From Phoronis australis (taxonomy: Eukaryota; Animalia; Phoronida): a DNA stretch of 64,000 nt. The DNA is taken from the NCBI GenBank assembly GCA_002633005.1, contig NMRA01000804.1, forward strand, positions 62,001 through 126,000, written 5' to 3'. Shown here piece after piece: positions 37,793 to 49,944 of this stretch. Position numbers and translations under genes: made by a program. Position 1 is the stretch's first letter, and every line of letters starts with the position of its first letter. The notes below the pieces were generated by a model that was not told the DNA's origin, made no database searches, and worked only from the letters and a program-made list of their open reading frames with translations.

Positions 37793-38129
37793 AGGGGGTT
37801 ATTATGTGGATTGTACAGTGTGCTGCACTATGCAATACACAGAGCACAGTGTGACAGAGAGCAGGTCCTCTGCTGCCTGAAATACTTCATAAAATCACTT
37901 GACGCATTTTGAATTATGGCATGTATACACCAACTCTGGTCGTTCCAGGGCACATTAAATCTTCACTTATTTCACACCAAAACAATCGCTAAAATTGTGA
38001 TTTTTCTATCTCCCTAAAGCTGATTGCTTTGAATTTCACAAACTTTACCGAATGTCAACACAGTGCAAACTAGATTACTGATGGACTAAAATGTATTTAT
38101 TTTTTTTATTTTTGTACAGAAATTTGACC

Positions 38130-40831
38130 TACGGCGTTTTCTCTAATATTTTCCCTTGGAGTTTTGTGTCCGCATTAATAGAGAAAAAAATTGGCAGTAC
38201 GAACTATTTGAGAAGTCGAGTGTTCGAATTATTAGCGATAAAGATCAACGATAACAATGAGTGCAACGACAGTGAATTATATCACAACAAGTAACAAATT
38301 ATTTTCCCGGGTGATGGATTTACTTCGAAATATAATACTTGAACTCTCTGTCACCCTATTTTCTTCCCATGTTCGCAAACTTCAGAAACCACACTGCCTT
38401 CAGTACCAACACTTTCTGCGATGTCGGGGGTCTCCAACACTTAGTTTCTGACTGTAGTGGACTTAAGATAAAACACGTATTCGAAAAAATCAGGCCAGAG
38501 ATGGGGGTTTTGCCAACACTCCCAATTCGATTAAGAAGGAAAAGCTCTCGGATTTTGAACAAATCTCATACCAGACGGAAAGGTGTAAAATTCTCCCTAT
38601 TCAGATGAAATTCTCCGTAGTTTTCTGCAAATGATGTTCGTTGCCACTGAAGGGAGAGTGTGCCTTACAGGGTTAACTTGCTGCTTCTCGATTTCAGAAT
38701 TCAAAAGTTGGCAATACCTTACTGGATTTTGTGTATCATCTTGAAGCAAAAAAGAATGCAAGCCAGGTTTTGTTTTTTGCTAATTGTCAACCAAACTGGT
38801 GTTAGCATATGTCACCAATGTCAGTAGCGGTTCTTCAAAACTGATAAGTGTACGCATAAGCATGTAATTACTCACAGTCAGTCCAAAGTTAAAGAAATGT
38901 TGTGTGCCCTGGTGCTCAATTAAAACAATCTATAATGTCCGACTTAAACCTACCAATGCACTGGGTTTGACCATGTTCACACCTGGTCAGTAATAAGCCA
39001 GGTAGATAATTGGCCTGCATGTTAACATACCAGACAAAAGACTATGGAGGGCAGTTAACAAAGGAGCTAGATGTTATCACACGCCTTTTCACAACAGCTC
39101 TATGTCTCAGGTAAATTCCCTGAATGGGAGAATGCCCTAACGAGGCTAATCAGGAAATCTTGCATTAAAAAAAATGTTTTTCATCACAAAGTCCGAAGAG
39201 TTGGTCACTAAATGAATGAAACATCACTGTCACTGATGTTTTAACGCATATAATGCCGTGGTCCAAAGTTTTTGCCGGCTCATCCAAAAATTTGTAAAAG
39301 TACCCAAAAACAGGAGCCAAGGAAACGCGTCAAAGATTGGCTCAAACATGTTGTCCAAAGTTCACGCGACATGTTTACCACTCAGTGATGAGGGCTGCTC
39401 TCTGTTAGTGTTCAACTTGATTTGGAAACAGACAAATTACGGCCGAATTTGCACGAGTGCCAGGAGTTTACTTGCCACCAAAAACTAGGGTCGTGTACTT
39501 AGGAATTTCTAGGTCACGTGCTGCGACTTGATAAGAGATGACCAATCACGGCTCGCTTTTCCAAATTTCAGGTCACGAATGTCTAGCACTCAGGGTCCCG
39601 GTCGATTACAACCGACACCAAACTTTAGCATACTTGTTGAGTGGGCATTGACGGATAGAGCTGGTCATTAACTTACCGCACCCTGCTGATTACCTGAATA
39701 ATTGGTGATTTGTCCACAAGTTATTTTTTACTGACAAAGATACGTGCATGAAGCCATGAACTATTTCTCGCTCAGCTACCTATTGTATGAAGTATTTTTT
39801 CCCTAAGACCCCCCACTGTACGGGTTCATTAGACTCATCCCCAGTAAAAGTCATTAGTATTTTTTACATAAAATATTAAGCAAATACTTGTCGCTGAGTA
39901 ATGCCCTTGATGATTGGCTTACGTCTGCTAACCTCCGATTGTCATCTTCATTACGTATCGTGTTTCACGCAACGGCAACTGAAGTGAGCGGTGTCGGGTG
40001 TTCGAGATAAGATGGCCACACTAAATCTTACGTTGACAATTCATCGGGTTACGGAGTCTCGAATATAAACATTCCCAACCATAAAAAACACACCTGAATT
40101 AGTTTTTCAAACATTTATTTCATCAAACAACTAATAAATTGCTTTCTGATTCAGAACTTAAGAGCTAATACACGCAGTTCTACTCATGTCACGGGACTGT
40201 AACCACAGATTTATACTTTATGATGTAACCTCCGCAACACGAGAAGATTGCACGCACACACTTCTGCAATGTTGCCACGTGAGAATAGTTGCAACCCAAG
40301 TGGAGCACTGTGTGGTCACTTGTCGTCTGAGCACTCCTAAGTCACCGGAATCAGCTCTAACAAGACTACGGGATGACACGGTACTGTTACTCAGCACTTA
40401 TGTAAATTTATTCGTGTAGGACTAATCTGGAGGTAACAGAATATTTGTTGGGAAAATCCGCTGTTATGACATTTTTACTGCCATGTGGAGACACACTGGA
40501 AAATCTTATCACCATATCCATATTTGCTGTTGCGAACATGGCTATCTGACAAACTGCTTTTTGAGTTCTATGCTAGCGTAGTAAAGCAAATCACGGATTC
40601 CGATTACTTGAATAGAATTGGTGCTTACTGATTTCTGTTCTTTTATAAGAATAAAAATTTCCATTTCACCTATCTAAAAAGCCTGTACGAACTGTTTTTT
40701 TCCGAGCAAATATGTGTACGAACTACTTTTCCCTCAGATGCCTACTGTACGAACTACTAGAGACAAACGCCATGTTTCAAGGACCGTGTACGAACTAACA
40801 AAGTGTGCGAACTATTAGAGAAAACACCATA
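38130..40831. mobile_element. degenerate TIR DNA transposon (Tc1/mariner-pogo-like), ~2.7 kb
   Basis: tacggcgttttctctaata ... tattagagaaaacaccata (17/19 inverted match including flanking TA); subterminal GTACGAACTA repeats; possible decayed pogo motifs on - strand ~38500-38670. Confidence 0.55.
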
Positions 40832-41612
40832 ATAAAATCTCAATTGTCTGCCATAGTGTGTGTTAAGTGCAAAGAATTGGGGTACCTGGTACTATATCAA
40901 TAACTAATTATAATACATAACTAATTACAAGACTCATTAGCACCATCCAGTCTCTAGATCAGGAACCATTATCTACGTTTCTTTTGTGCAGAGCAGGTCA
41001 ATTACACAATTAGCAATGACTCCTTAAAGAAAATTGTTGTAGCATGAGATAATTCACCAGTTGGTATCAATGAATATGAGCAGATTGATATCAGCATTGG
41101 AAACCAGCTGATCTTTCCAACAATACCTCCTGAGAAAGATTTGTAATGGAGATACCTCCCTGCCTCAGTTTTGGGGTCCTCTGCAAAGTGTTTAAAAATC
41201 AACAGGAATTCTCCTAGACAGATCACAAAATTCAGGTCAAGTGATTAAAAAAATTACCTCCAGTTTAAAATCACTCGTAACTCATACATGTGGGGATTAA
41301 AAACTGCACAAAACACTAGTTCTGGCTTGTTGAGGTAGAGTTGATGAGGAATACAGCGACCATGAAAAATAATGAGAGCAACAGAAGTGAGGGGAAGAAT
41401 TTTCCCCTCGCCTAAAAAATCCTTTCTCGGAAGGCTCAGGCACTTTTTCTTCAGGTGTGGGAAGCCGTGTAATGAGAAGGGAACAAAGTGTCCCCCCTAA
41501 TTTCACTAAGTACGCCTTGGCAATCTCTTCACCTAGATTTTGTGCAAGTTAGGGAAACCTCTGATAAGACCTGTTCTAGTAAGGAATTCTCCCCGTTGTG
41601 ACTAAGACCTAC

Positions 41613-41735
41613 CTTTGCCCCATATGGTCGCCTTCTCATCAATGTAATACTGGTCCTCCTTTACCGTCCGTCTCTCTCCACTTCTCGTTATCCGCCACTC
41701 CACGTGCGCTTTACCTCTCAAGAAGACCTTCACAC
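41613..41735 (-). CDS. ARRDC-like exon 2
   Basis: GVKVFLRGKAHVEWRITRSGERRTVKEDQYYIDEKATIWGK; ttcag|/|gtaggt. Confidence 0.93.
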
Positions 41736-42305
41736 CTGAACATTTAAATACATAGAAACGACATTTACATACTCTTAGCACACAGCATAGAAACATGAGA
41801 AGATATACAGGCATCTAGAAGCAATAGATAAGGTAACTGCCTTCGCAGGCATGCGACTACATTTTACCTAAAACATCTTTTCACAAACATTTGAGGAAAT
41901 TTGTACCTTGTCAAGGAAGGAAGGTAAAGTTGAAACTAAACAAAAATGCCTATGGATACTTACCATTATACAGCATCTTGTTAATTTAATATAATTATGG
42001 ATTTATTACCTGTGCCTTAATACTGTTAAAATTTATTAAAAATTATAAAAGTCATTCTATGTGGAATACCTTACCAGTCACCATTCAAAATTGTACTTCA
42101 CCATCCCTTTTTAAGCAAGTTAAATCTCACCTTTCCAATATGTAAAATTACACTGGTAATTTTAAATTATTTTAATTTTAACTTATTTCACAAATTAGAG
42201 CTACAAACATACTTTCTGCCTTCAGCGTTACAGGTTTACATGAAAAAACGCTCAAAATTACATTTCTATGGCAACAACACCAGAAGTTAATGAAACAATG
42301 ATTAC

Positions 42306-42417
42306 CCCTGACTTTGAGATTCTCCGTGGTAACAATAATGACGTGTCCTGTCAGCAGTTCCCCCGCATAGTAACAGTCCTTATCAAGATCTATGTCGAAC
42401 TTCTCGATGTAATCCAT
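42306..42417 (-). CDS. alpha-arrestin (arrestin-domain-containing protein, ARRDC-like), first coding exon
   Basis: MDYIEKFDIDLDKDCYYAGELLTGHVIIVTTENLKVR = typical Arrestin_N start (YYAGE..G.V); donor |gtaat; acceptor 30 nt upstream of ATG (exon starts 42447). Confidence 0.92.
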
Positions 42418-44674
42418 ACTGTGGTGTAACCTCTCGTGGCTGAGATTCTGCAGATGAGAAATAATGCATGTGATGTGGGTGACGCACACAAGCAACCAGC
42501 AATGATTTACATCGGCCGACTCAATATTCAACGTGCTCGCCACGAGCGGCTTGATTATATGACTAGGAAGTGCTAATAAAGACAGACTCCTCTTTTAATC
42601 AGAGTTGCGTAGGCAGAGACAGCCATGCATTGAACACCAACCGTGAATTCTATTCCATGGTTTTTGGTCTCTATACCATAATTCAATAGTCCAACCTCAC
42701 CGACCAATCACTTCAGTGACTGTTATTTTGCTCTAGGTCATGGCTCAAGTGAACCCGCTACTCACTGCCTGATCTTGTTTTTCTCGCATGATACTTGGTC
42801 TAGGAAGATACCCTGAGTAGATCAGAAAATAGAAATCTGTTGACTAGCATGGGAAGCATTTGATGGATGGGTGCACAGTTTGGGCTTAAAGGGGGGAACC
42901 AGTTCACATAGTGGCTTAGAATTTTGAGGATGGCTGTAAATCTTGGGTGTCATTCATAAACGACAGGCCTTTTGAAATAGACATGCAGTTCTTTGTAAAC
43001 CCTGCTCTTAGTGCACAACAGCCCCAGTTGGGCTGTGTAACTAAACACAACTTAACAAAGGATTTATGGTCCCGGCTGAGATGAATCATTTTATTACCCC
43101 TTGTGGATCGGTGAATAGCCAAGACCATAATATAGTGGTTCCATGTGCCCAGTGATAGGAAACCTCACTTTTTCAGGTAACACCGTTGTTTTACGTAATA
43201 AACTCACCCAGCAAAATTTACGTCCCCATCATTCCACATGAATTGATTGAGAGGAACTGATTTGCTAGCATCAAAGAGTTAATGCTGCGTCCAGACAAGC
43301 AATTAAACTGAGGACAATTTGCACCTGGCACCACATGCCTACAATCAGCTGAGTTTTCACATGACAATACCACAACTGGAGTGCCAAGGCAATAGTAGAC
43401 TGAATAGAACACAGCTTTGTGTGGCATTGGATCAATAGTGAACGATGAAAAAGGTCAAAATAAAAATGTACGGATACTTGAATAAATAAAATGGACACAT
43501 AAGCTTAAATATTTCCATAAGTCTCTTACTGGGTACAACAAATGCTCTTATGTGTCAAGTTTGAGCACCACGAAATAAGAGATTATTGATGATTCTTCAA
43601 AAAATCGTCTAGATAAATGGTAAGGTTCCATTGCTTTTGATGGAGTCTTTTAAGTTTTCATGGAAACAATGATCTACAGGCAAAACCAAGATGAGTTTTA
43701 TGAAACTCTTCTACTCAGTTAGAAACTCCGCCCATTTCATGACACCTTCCATTTCATCATCAGATTTGTACAAGAACTGCTGTTGTCAAGATCCCTGTTT
43801 ATCAGGAACTCTCATTTAAGGTCATTTTGTGTGGGGCAGACCAATAACTGCATTAGCAATAACTTCACGGTTATAAAACACTGCTGACAATAAATTGATA
43901 TATCTGGGTAAAAATGGTGATTTTTTAAATAGTTTGGCCTCTGAAACTGAATTTCTAGTGAAAAGTTGGTTATGTTAGGATTCTTTTTTACCCAAAGAAA
44001 TGATTTTGACCAATAAATTAGTACCAAATAAGACTTAAGAACAGGCGTATAGCTTTATATAAATGTCATTAAGTACACAAAGGTTCTATTTTTCCCAGTG
44101 GTATTGCATTCCCCCACGTCTCATTTGACAGATACATTTACCTGTATAAGGGTTATTTCACATAATTATCACTAAATAGAACACCTGCATTATCTTGTAA
44201 CACAACTTGTCGACTTGCCAATAAGACAGTGAGGATGTGCCGTAAGGGACATTCTGCCTTCTCAAGTATTATCAAGAAGGGCACTTTAAACTCTTGCGTA
44301 TTGTCTTGGGTGGATTTTTCAGCTTTGTGATATCAAGTCCAGGGTTTTTTGCTCTCTCAAAAGGCAGACAACTCAGCTTTGTATTACCACTAATATCATC
44401 TGGATGTGCTAAGCGGAGAACATGCCACCTATTGTTTAGAGATTGAGTATTTGCACCTCTGGTTTCTCACGTATTGTGTGCATGGGGACGCATAATACTA
44501 GTTGAGCTCAAACGAAACAAGTGGGGTTCCATTTTGATTTCCTATTAACTTGATCTGGTCTAAATGCTTATTTGCCAGTTCCCAAATAATCCGTTGCAGG
44601 TCTGCATTTTGCAGGAGCAACCACACTCCCCTGCTCTGTAAACCCACAAAAGACAGATGATATACACCCTCAAC

Positions 44675-45124
44675 ATCTGGGGATACTCCCATACATGAAA
44701 TACAGAGTCGTGTTGCTAAGAAAGTAGCTTTATCAAGACCAGTGTCATATGAAAAGGTGACTTTCTCACACAAAATTACCAAAGTGTTCAAAGTGGGAGT
44801 TTGGAAACTCAACAAAGGTTTCTTTTCCAACTAAACAAAACTGCAAATTATGTTATGACATCTATATTGAAAATTGTTTGTTGTTCTACCCATTTTTAAC
44901 AATGGCAGTGTTGATGAGATGAAAATTCAAGTCAGCTGTCCAAGAATTTCTACATTGGGGTAAGGTATATATATGGCATTAACCCCTTATAACGGGCTAT
45001 ATCGCAAAAAGATGATTTTTTCATGGAAGCAGCCTTACAAAGTGGGTCCTTTTTTAGTTCACAGGTAAACAAATTTTGCAGCAGCAACTCCCCTAAAAAA
45101 ATACCAAAATCCCCCCCCCCAGGG
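44675..45124. mobile_element. possible degenerate MITE with G/C-run termini
   Basis: ctggggatactcccatac ... ccccccccccaggg; 45009-45065 resembles 49883-49940. Confidence 0.35.
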
Positions 45125-45150
45125 GATGTACTCATCATCTGGTCACTCAC

Positions 45151-45224
45151 CACGCTTGCAGTAACCTTTTCATAGTACCACCAGCGCCCTCATGATGCGT
45201 GTGTCGATGAATGATTAACGTAAC
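45151..45224 (-). other. candidate 74-nt 5'UTR exon of the ARRDC-like gene
   Basis: tctttttacag| ... |gtgagt on - strand; not open in the arrestin frame. Confidence 0.45.
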
Positions 45225-48162
45225 CTGTAAAAAGATCAATAAGCTGACGTTACTGCGTGTCACAGTTTCGGTGGTAATTAATCTTTCATTAATTGTGTCA
45301 ACAGTCAGAGTCAGATGTTGTTTGAACATGACAGAACCACTATATGCAATCAATGACGTACTTAAGGCTGTTGGAAAGATATCACCAGTCAGCACACTTT
45401 TCCCCAAGTTCAATTATGACTAAAAGTACATCGATCTCTTCGCATGCAAACAATAGGCTGGTTCACCTGTCAAAGCTGCTAATGCAGCAACTTTTCAATT
45501 ATTTCTCATAAAAATCATTGCCAAAATGCAATTTTCCAACTTTCAAAGGCCGGATACGTTGTAAAGAACAATCTAAGTATTACTAAGTATTGCGTGTTTC
45601 ATGACAGCTCCAACTCAATGTTTTTCTATGCTCACCGTAAAGCGGAATTTTCTCTTTTTATAATTTATACGTATAAAGGTAAATTTGGCAAAATAGTTTT
45701 CGCTGGTCTGCCATATTCATGTGCTATGTTGATGAAACATCGCGGTGACTACACTTAAGACGGTAAAATGATGAAACACTTACTTAGGTTTACCTTAAAT
45801 CATTATTAGGTTACCTCGGTATCACAATCAATGACTGCATAGCAGGTTAAAACACAGTAGACAAATACTGCATATTTACATAAATCTAAGAACAGTTGAT
45901 TACAAACTATTATAATTCCAGAGAACTTTGCCACACTAAGTATTAAAATGGTCTCCTGCAATACAAAACTGCATACCTGTAACATAACCTGGTGTTTAAC
46001 ACAATTCAACACAGTGGTGTTGTCACTGTCAAGGTCGGCTCTGAACTACACAGTTAATGTATATATTTTACTGTAAAAATGTATATAAACCTTGCAGGTC
46101 AGAGTTACATGACAGATGTTCAATTGAGGGCTTGAGGCAGCAACCAGGTGTATATAGACAAGGTCAACTAGTCAACAGCTACGGTAACAAATGTACTTTA
46201 ATAAAATTGGAAGGAAATTTATAAAATGTCGAAAAACCCATTATGGTCCCTAAGAATTTTCTGTGAATAAAATAAAAATTACATTGAGTCCAGGACGGAC
46301 AATGAGAGAAAAATAAAATTTTTAACAAATAGAATTTCGTAAAATTTGGGGCATTTTAAAAATTGAACTATTTATAGCTGTTTTTTCCCATTCTGATTAT
46401 CAACAGTTACAAATAAAGGTATTCCAGCAGCACTGATTGGCCTTGCATAATCCGATAAACAAAACAGCTGAATTCTGACACCAATATCGTATAAATTTTG
46501 ACCTATATCAGTGGGACGTGTTGGAACCTAACATGACAGCAGGGGAACTGTCTCTACACTCAGGCTGAATAAAGCAGTCTATGATGTCCAATCCCATGCA
46601 ACAAGGCAGAAAACCAACAGATAAAAACAACTACCAATGATGATGGAATGATAATCAATTTATCCACTCTCAGAGGACAATTATTAACTTTGGGTCTTCG
46701 TTTGTCATTGACAAGAAAAACACAGTAAAGAAAACAGCCACCATGATTTTCAAGTCCCTAAAAACAATACCACAAAATATGAAGCATGGCATGACACACA
46801 CAATGACTGGAGATGAAGTCTCATGTAAATCCTGAACACCAGTAGATCACTACACCACAAAGTCTAATCCCATTTAAAATCTCGGCCATCGAAGCTACAG
46901 TCATCCATACTAATCAGAAGATGGACGCCGCTAGTGTGCACAAGTGATCAATGCCTCGTTAGATTTGTAGCCAATCACCATATTTTAGAAAACACTCAGA
47001 CTTGTCTGGTGTCTCCCACAACATGACATGACCAGTGAACGGAGCTAGTCACAGTCACCGCTCTCTGACAGATGAAAATCAATATTGAGCGATCCAACTC
47101 GTAAGCAGCACACTAGTAAGTTTAGAGATAATCTCACTCCCTACTGTGTACGAAGGGTTAACAAATCAATTACTGTGCACATTTTCTTAGTTCTGTGGAG
47201 ATATTGGCATCGTAGTTCTCTCAACCAACTCTTCTAACTGTGCCTCGTGTAAATTGAATGCGTATATGAGTATAATCAATATACCTGAGCACAAGAGTCG
47301 TAAAGAATGACTTTTTGAGGAAATCCAGTAACAATATGCAGGAAGAGTACTTGGCAGCAACAGTACGCCATCACTAACATTTATCAAGAACATTACCAGA
47401 CAACTCCTACACTAAGTAGATATTTTGTTACCACAACGCCAAGAAAGCCTAATCCTCATCAATTAACGATTTAATGCTCGTGGTTCAGCCACTATTTTGA
47501 AGAAAACTCACGATTCTGAAGAAAACTTACGGTATTTCCCTTACAATGTATCAATTTTAAAAATTCAAAGGTGCTTGCCATTTATGTTTCAATTTTAAAA
47601 ACAGTCAAGCTCGTTTATTTGCCTTACTTATTGGTCAATTTTTGATTTTGGAACTCTTACTCTAAACAGGCGTGTCGGTTTACAACCGAAATTATCTTAT
47701 CCAACATGTTCAGCCAACCCCACGAATAGTGACTGGTTCACTTCAATCCGTGACAGGCGTCATCAGGCCTTTGACGTGCCGCAACATTTGCTGGATACTT
47801 AGGGTAAACAATGCACGCTTTCTTGTTCACTTGCGTACAAATCCTGCTACCAAAGGATTTGCCAAGTGATTGTGCCACACCAAGAGACTTTATAACCTCC
47901 GTAGAGGAGGTACACAGGATGTGCCACTTAGACAGGTGACATCTTCACCACAAGCATCCCTGATGAAAGGGTGCCTTTTCTGACAAAACAATGGTGCCTT
48001 TTCTGACAAAACTACTTACAAAAGTGTAATTAATGTTAAAAAACATTTTTAAATTTTTAATGCTTTAGTTGCAAAAGATGTACGCACCAATCTTCTAAAA
48101 TATGGCATGTTTTAGATTCTATGGCCTATAAATTCAGCCGTCCAAAAATCTATATAAAAGGA

Positions 48163-49828
48163 TTAAAAGGGGACTGTAGTCAAAATAGTGTTGCAGTTAA
48201 TCGGTTCTAACATACAAATAAAACTCACATTTGCCTGACTTGCGTGCCAAACAAAAGCCGATTCGTATTCATGGTCAAAACACCGAATCCTGAAAGCGAT
48301 CGCTGATTGGCTGATATGTCAGTGACGTGAATGGCGGGGTATCGACTGCTTTACACATTCATTGCTTATGTCATATTTTGAAGAGTTTACATCGTAATTT
48401 ATCATTGTATCAAACGTCCTTATTTTTTATTGTTTGCCACAGTGCTGTAAAAGGTTCACTATGCCTTTTTGTATGGCATCTGGTTGCTCAAACTCTTCGA
48501 AAAAGGTGTCTTCTAAACGGATGGTCATCGCATACCATTGCCGGGTTACCCAAGCCTTGGCCCAAAGGTATACTAAATATAGGCCTACAGGTTTGAGCCG
48601 ATATGGGTAAAAATGGACAAATGAAATCTGACTCGAAATTAATGCCATTAAAACTAATCTCATCCTTGAGTAAACCTAAGAACCTGAGGTTCCTAGAGTA
48701 AACTATATACTTCAGTATTTACCGATGTTGGAAAAGTTAGCGACCGTTCATCGGCTGCTGCTAAAATTGTGATGTGTTCTCTTGAGTCGGCTTTTTGCGA
48801 TTACGTCACCTGACCATTACCAATTTCTTTTCCCCCGATTTTTTATTGAGTGTTCATCGCTGCCGGTACCTAGGTTGCATACATGTTACAACAAACTATC
48901 AGAACTTGTTTCACTTTGTTACAAGTTTTTAGTATTTTTATACCAGCAAACCGAATTTCAGAACAATCTTGGTGCTGCGAAGCTGTCATAATGTCCCGAA
49001 AGACGTCTCGAATTTTAGAAAATGGCGCGTGCGCCGTGTCACGAGCGTGCTTTTTTGAAACAAACGATACTTCTTTGTTACAAAAGGCGGCAAATTATGC
49101 TACCAGATGACGTTTAGTTGATTGTTTTCCACTTAAACGACTGCAACGAACAATGTGAGTGTCGGGTGATTCTCAGATTTTGCATGCGCCCCCGCCAGTC
49201 CGTTTGCTTTATGTAGCCTAAGTTTTACGACGAGGTGACGAGCATAAGTCAAAGTCACCGGTGCAACTATACCCAGGTAGTCAACGGCTGTCTGAAATTT
49301 TGAGGTTAACGGAGCTCAACACATAGTGGTACGATAGTCTTCATACAGCTATGATCGGTAACTTACCAACCCTTCAAGTTAACAGAGCTGAGTATTGGCT
49401 GACAGCTGGCTGACTAGAGTCCACATTGCCCACGGCACAGTCACACCAGTGTAAGGACTGGCTGACTAGAGTCCACATTGCCCACGGCACAGTCACACCA
49501 GTGTAAGGACTGGTTGATGATGATGATGACTGGGTATCACTTTGTGTTGCCTCAGCTCAAACAGGTATCCCTGGTGACCCGACAATTCACACTAAAATTT
49601 CTTATTCTGACAATATGAAAAACGCAACTTGACTGCACGCTAACACAGGACAGTGACTTTGCCCCCGCCAAATACGTCACGAGAAGCAGCGCTCCAAGCC
49701 GGTAATTTTTTGAGCTTCGTTAGAGAATAAAAGTTTACTTTTTGTTGTTGAATTATTTGTGAAAATAATCAACAATTCATAGAAAACTATCCAGAATTTG
49801 TTCAGAATAAAATACAGTTCCCTTTTAA
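48163..49828. mobile_element. TTAA-flanked TIR element, Kolobok-like, non-autonomous or decayed
   Basis: TTAAaaggggactgta ... tacagttcccttTTAA (15/16 inverted match); CpG-richer interior. Confidence 0.6.
49406..49513. repeat. perfect 52-bp tandem duplication
   Basis: ctggctgactagagtccacattgcccacggcacagtcacaccagtgtaagga x2. Confidence 0.95.
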
Positions 49829-49944
49829 GTTAACTGAATTAACCCCAACAAAAGTGTCATGTTCATGGAACAAAACTACATAAAAGGATGACTTCTTCAC
49901 GGAAGCGTCCTACAAACGAGTCCCTTTTCTTTGAATTCACTTTC

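Noticed and set aside
37266-37880. ORFs of 129-204 aa
   Set aside because: Artefacts of the 319-N gap
40684-40820. CRISPR-like pattern of short repeats with unique spacers
   Set aside because: Repeat is only ~10 bp, spacers are irregular, the context is a eukaryotic intron with no cas genes; better explained as transposon subterminal repeats
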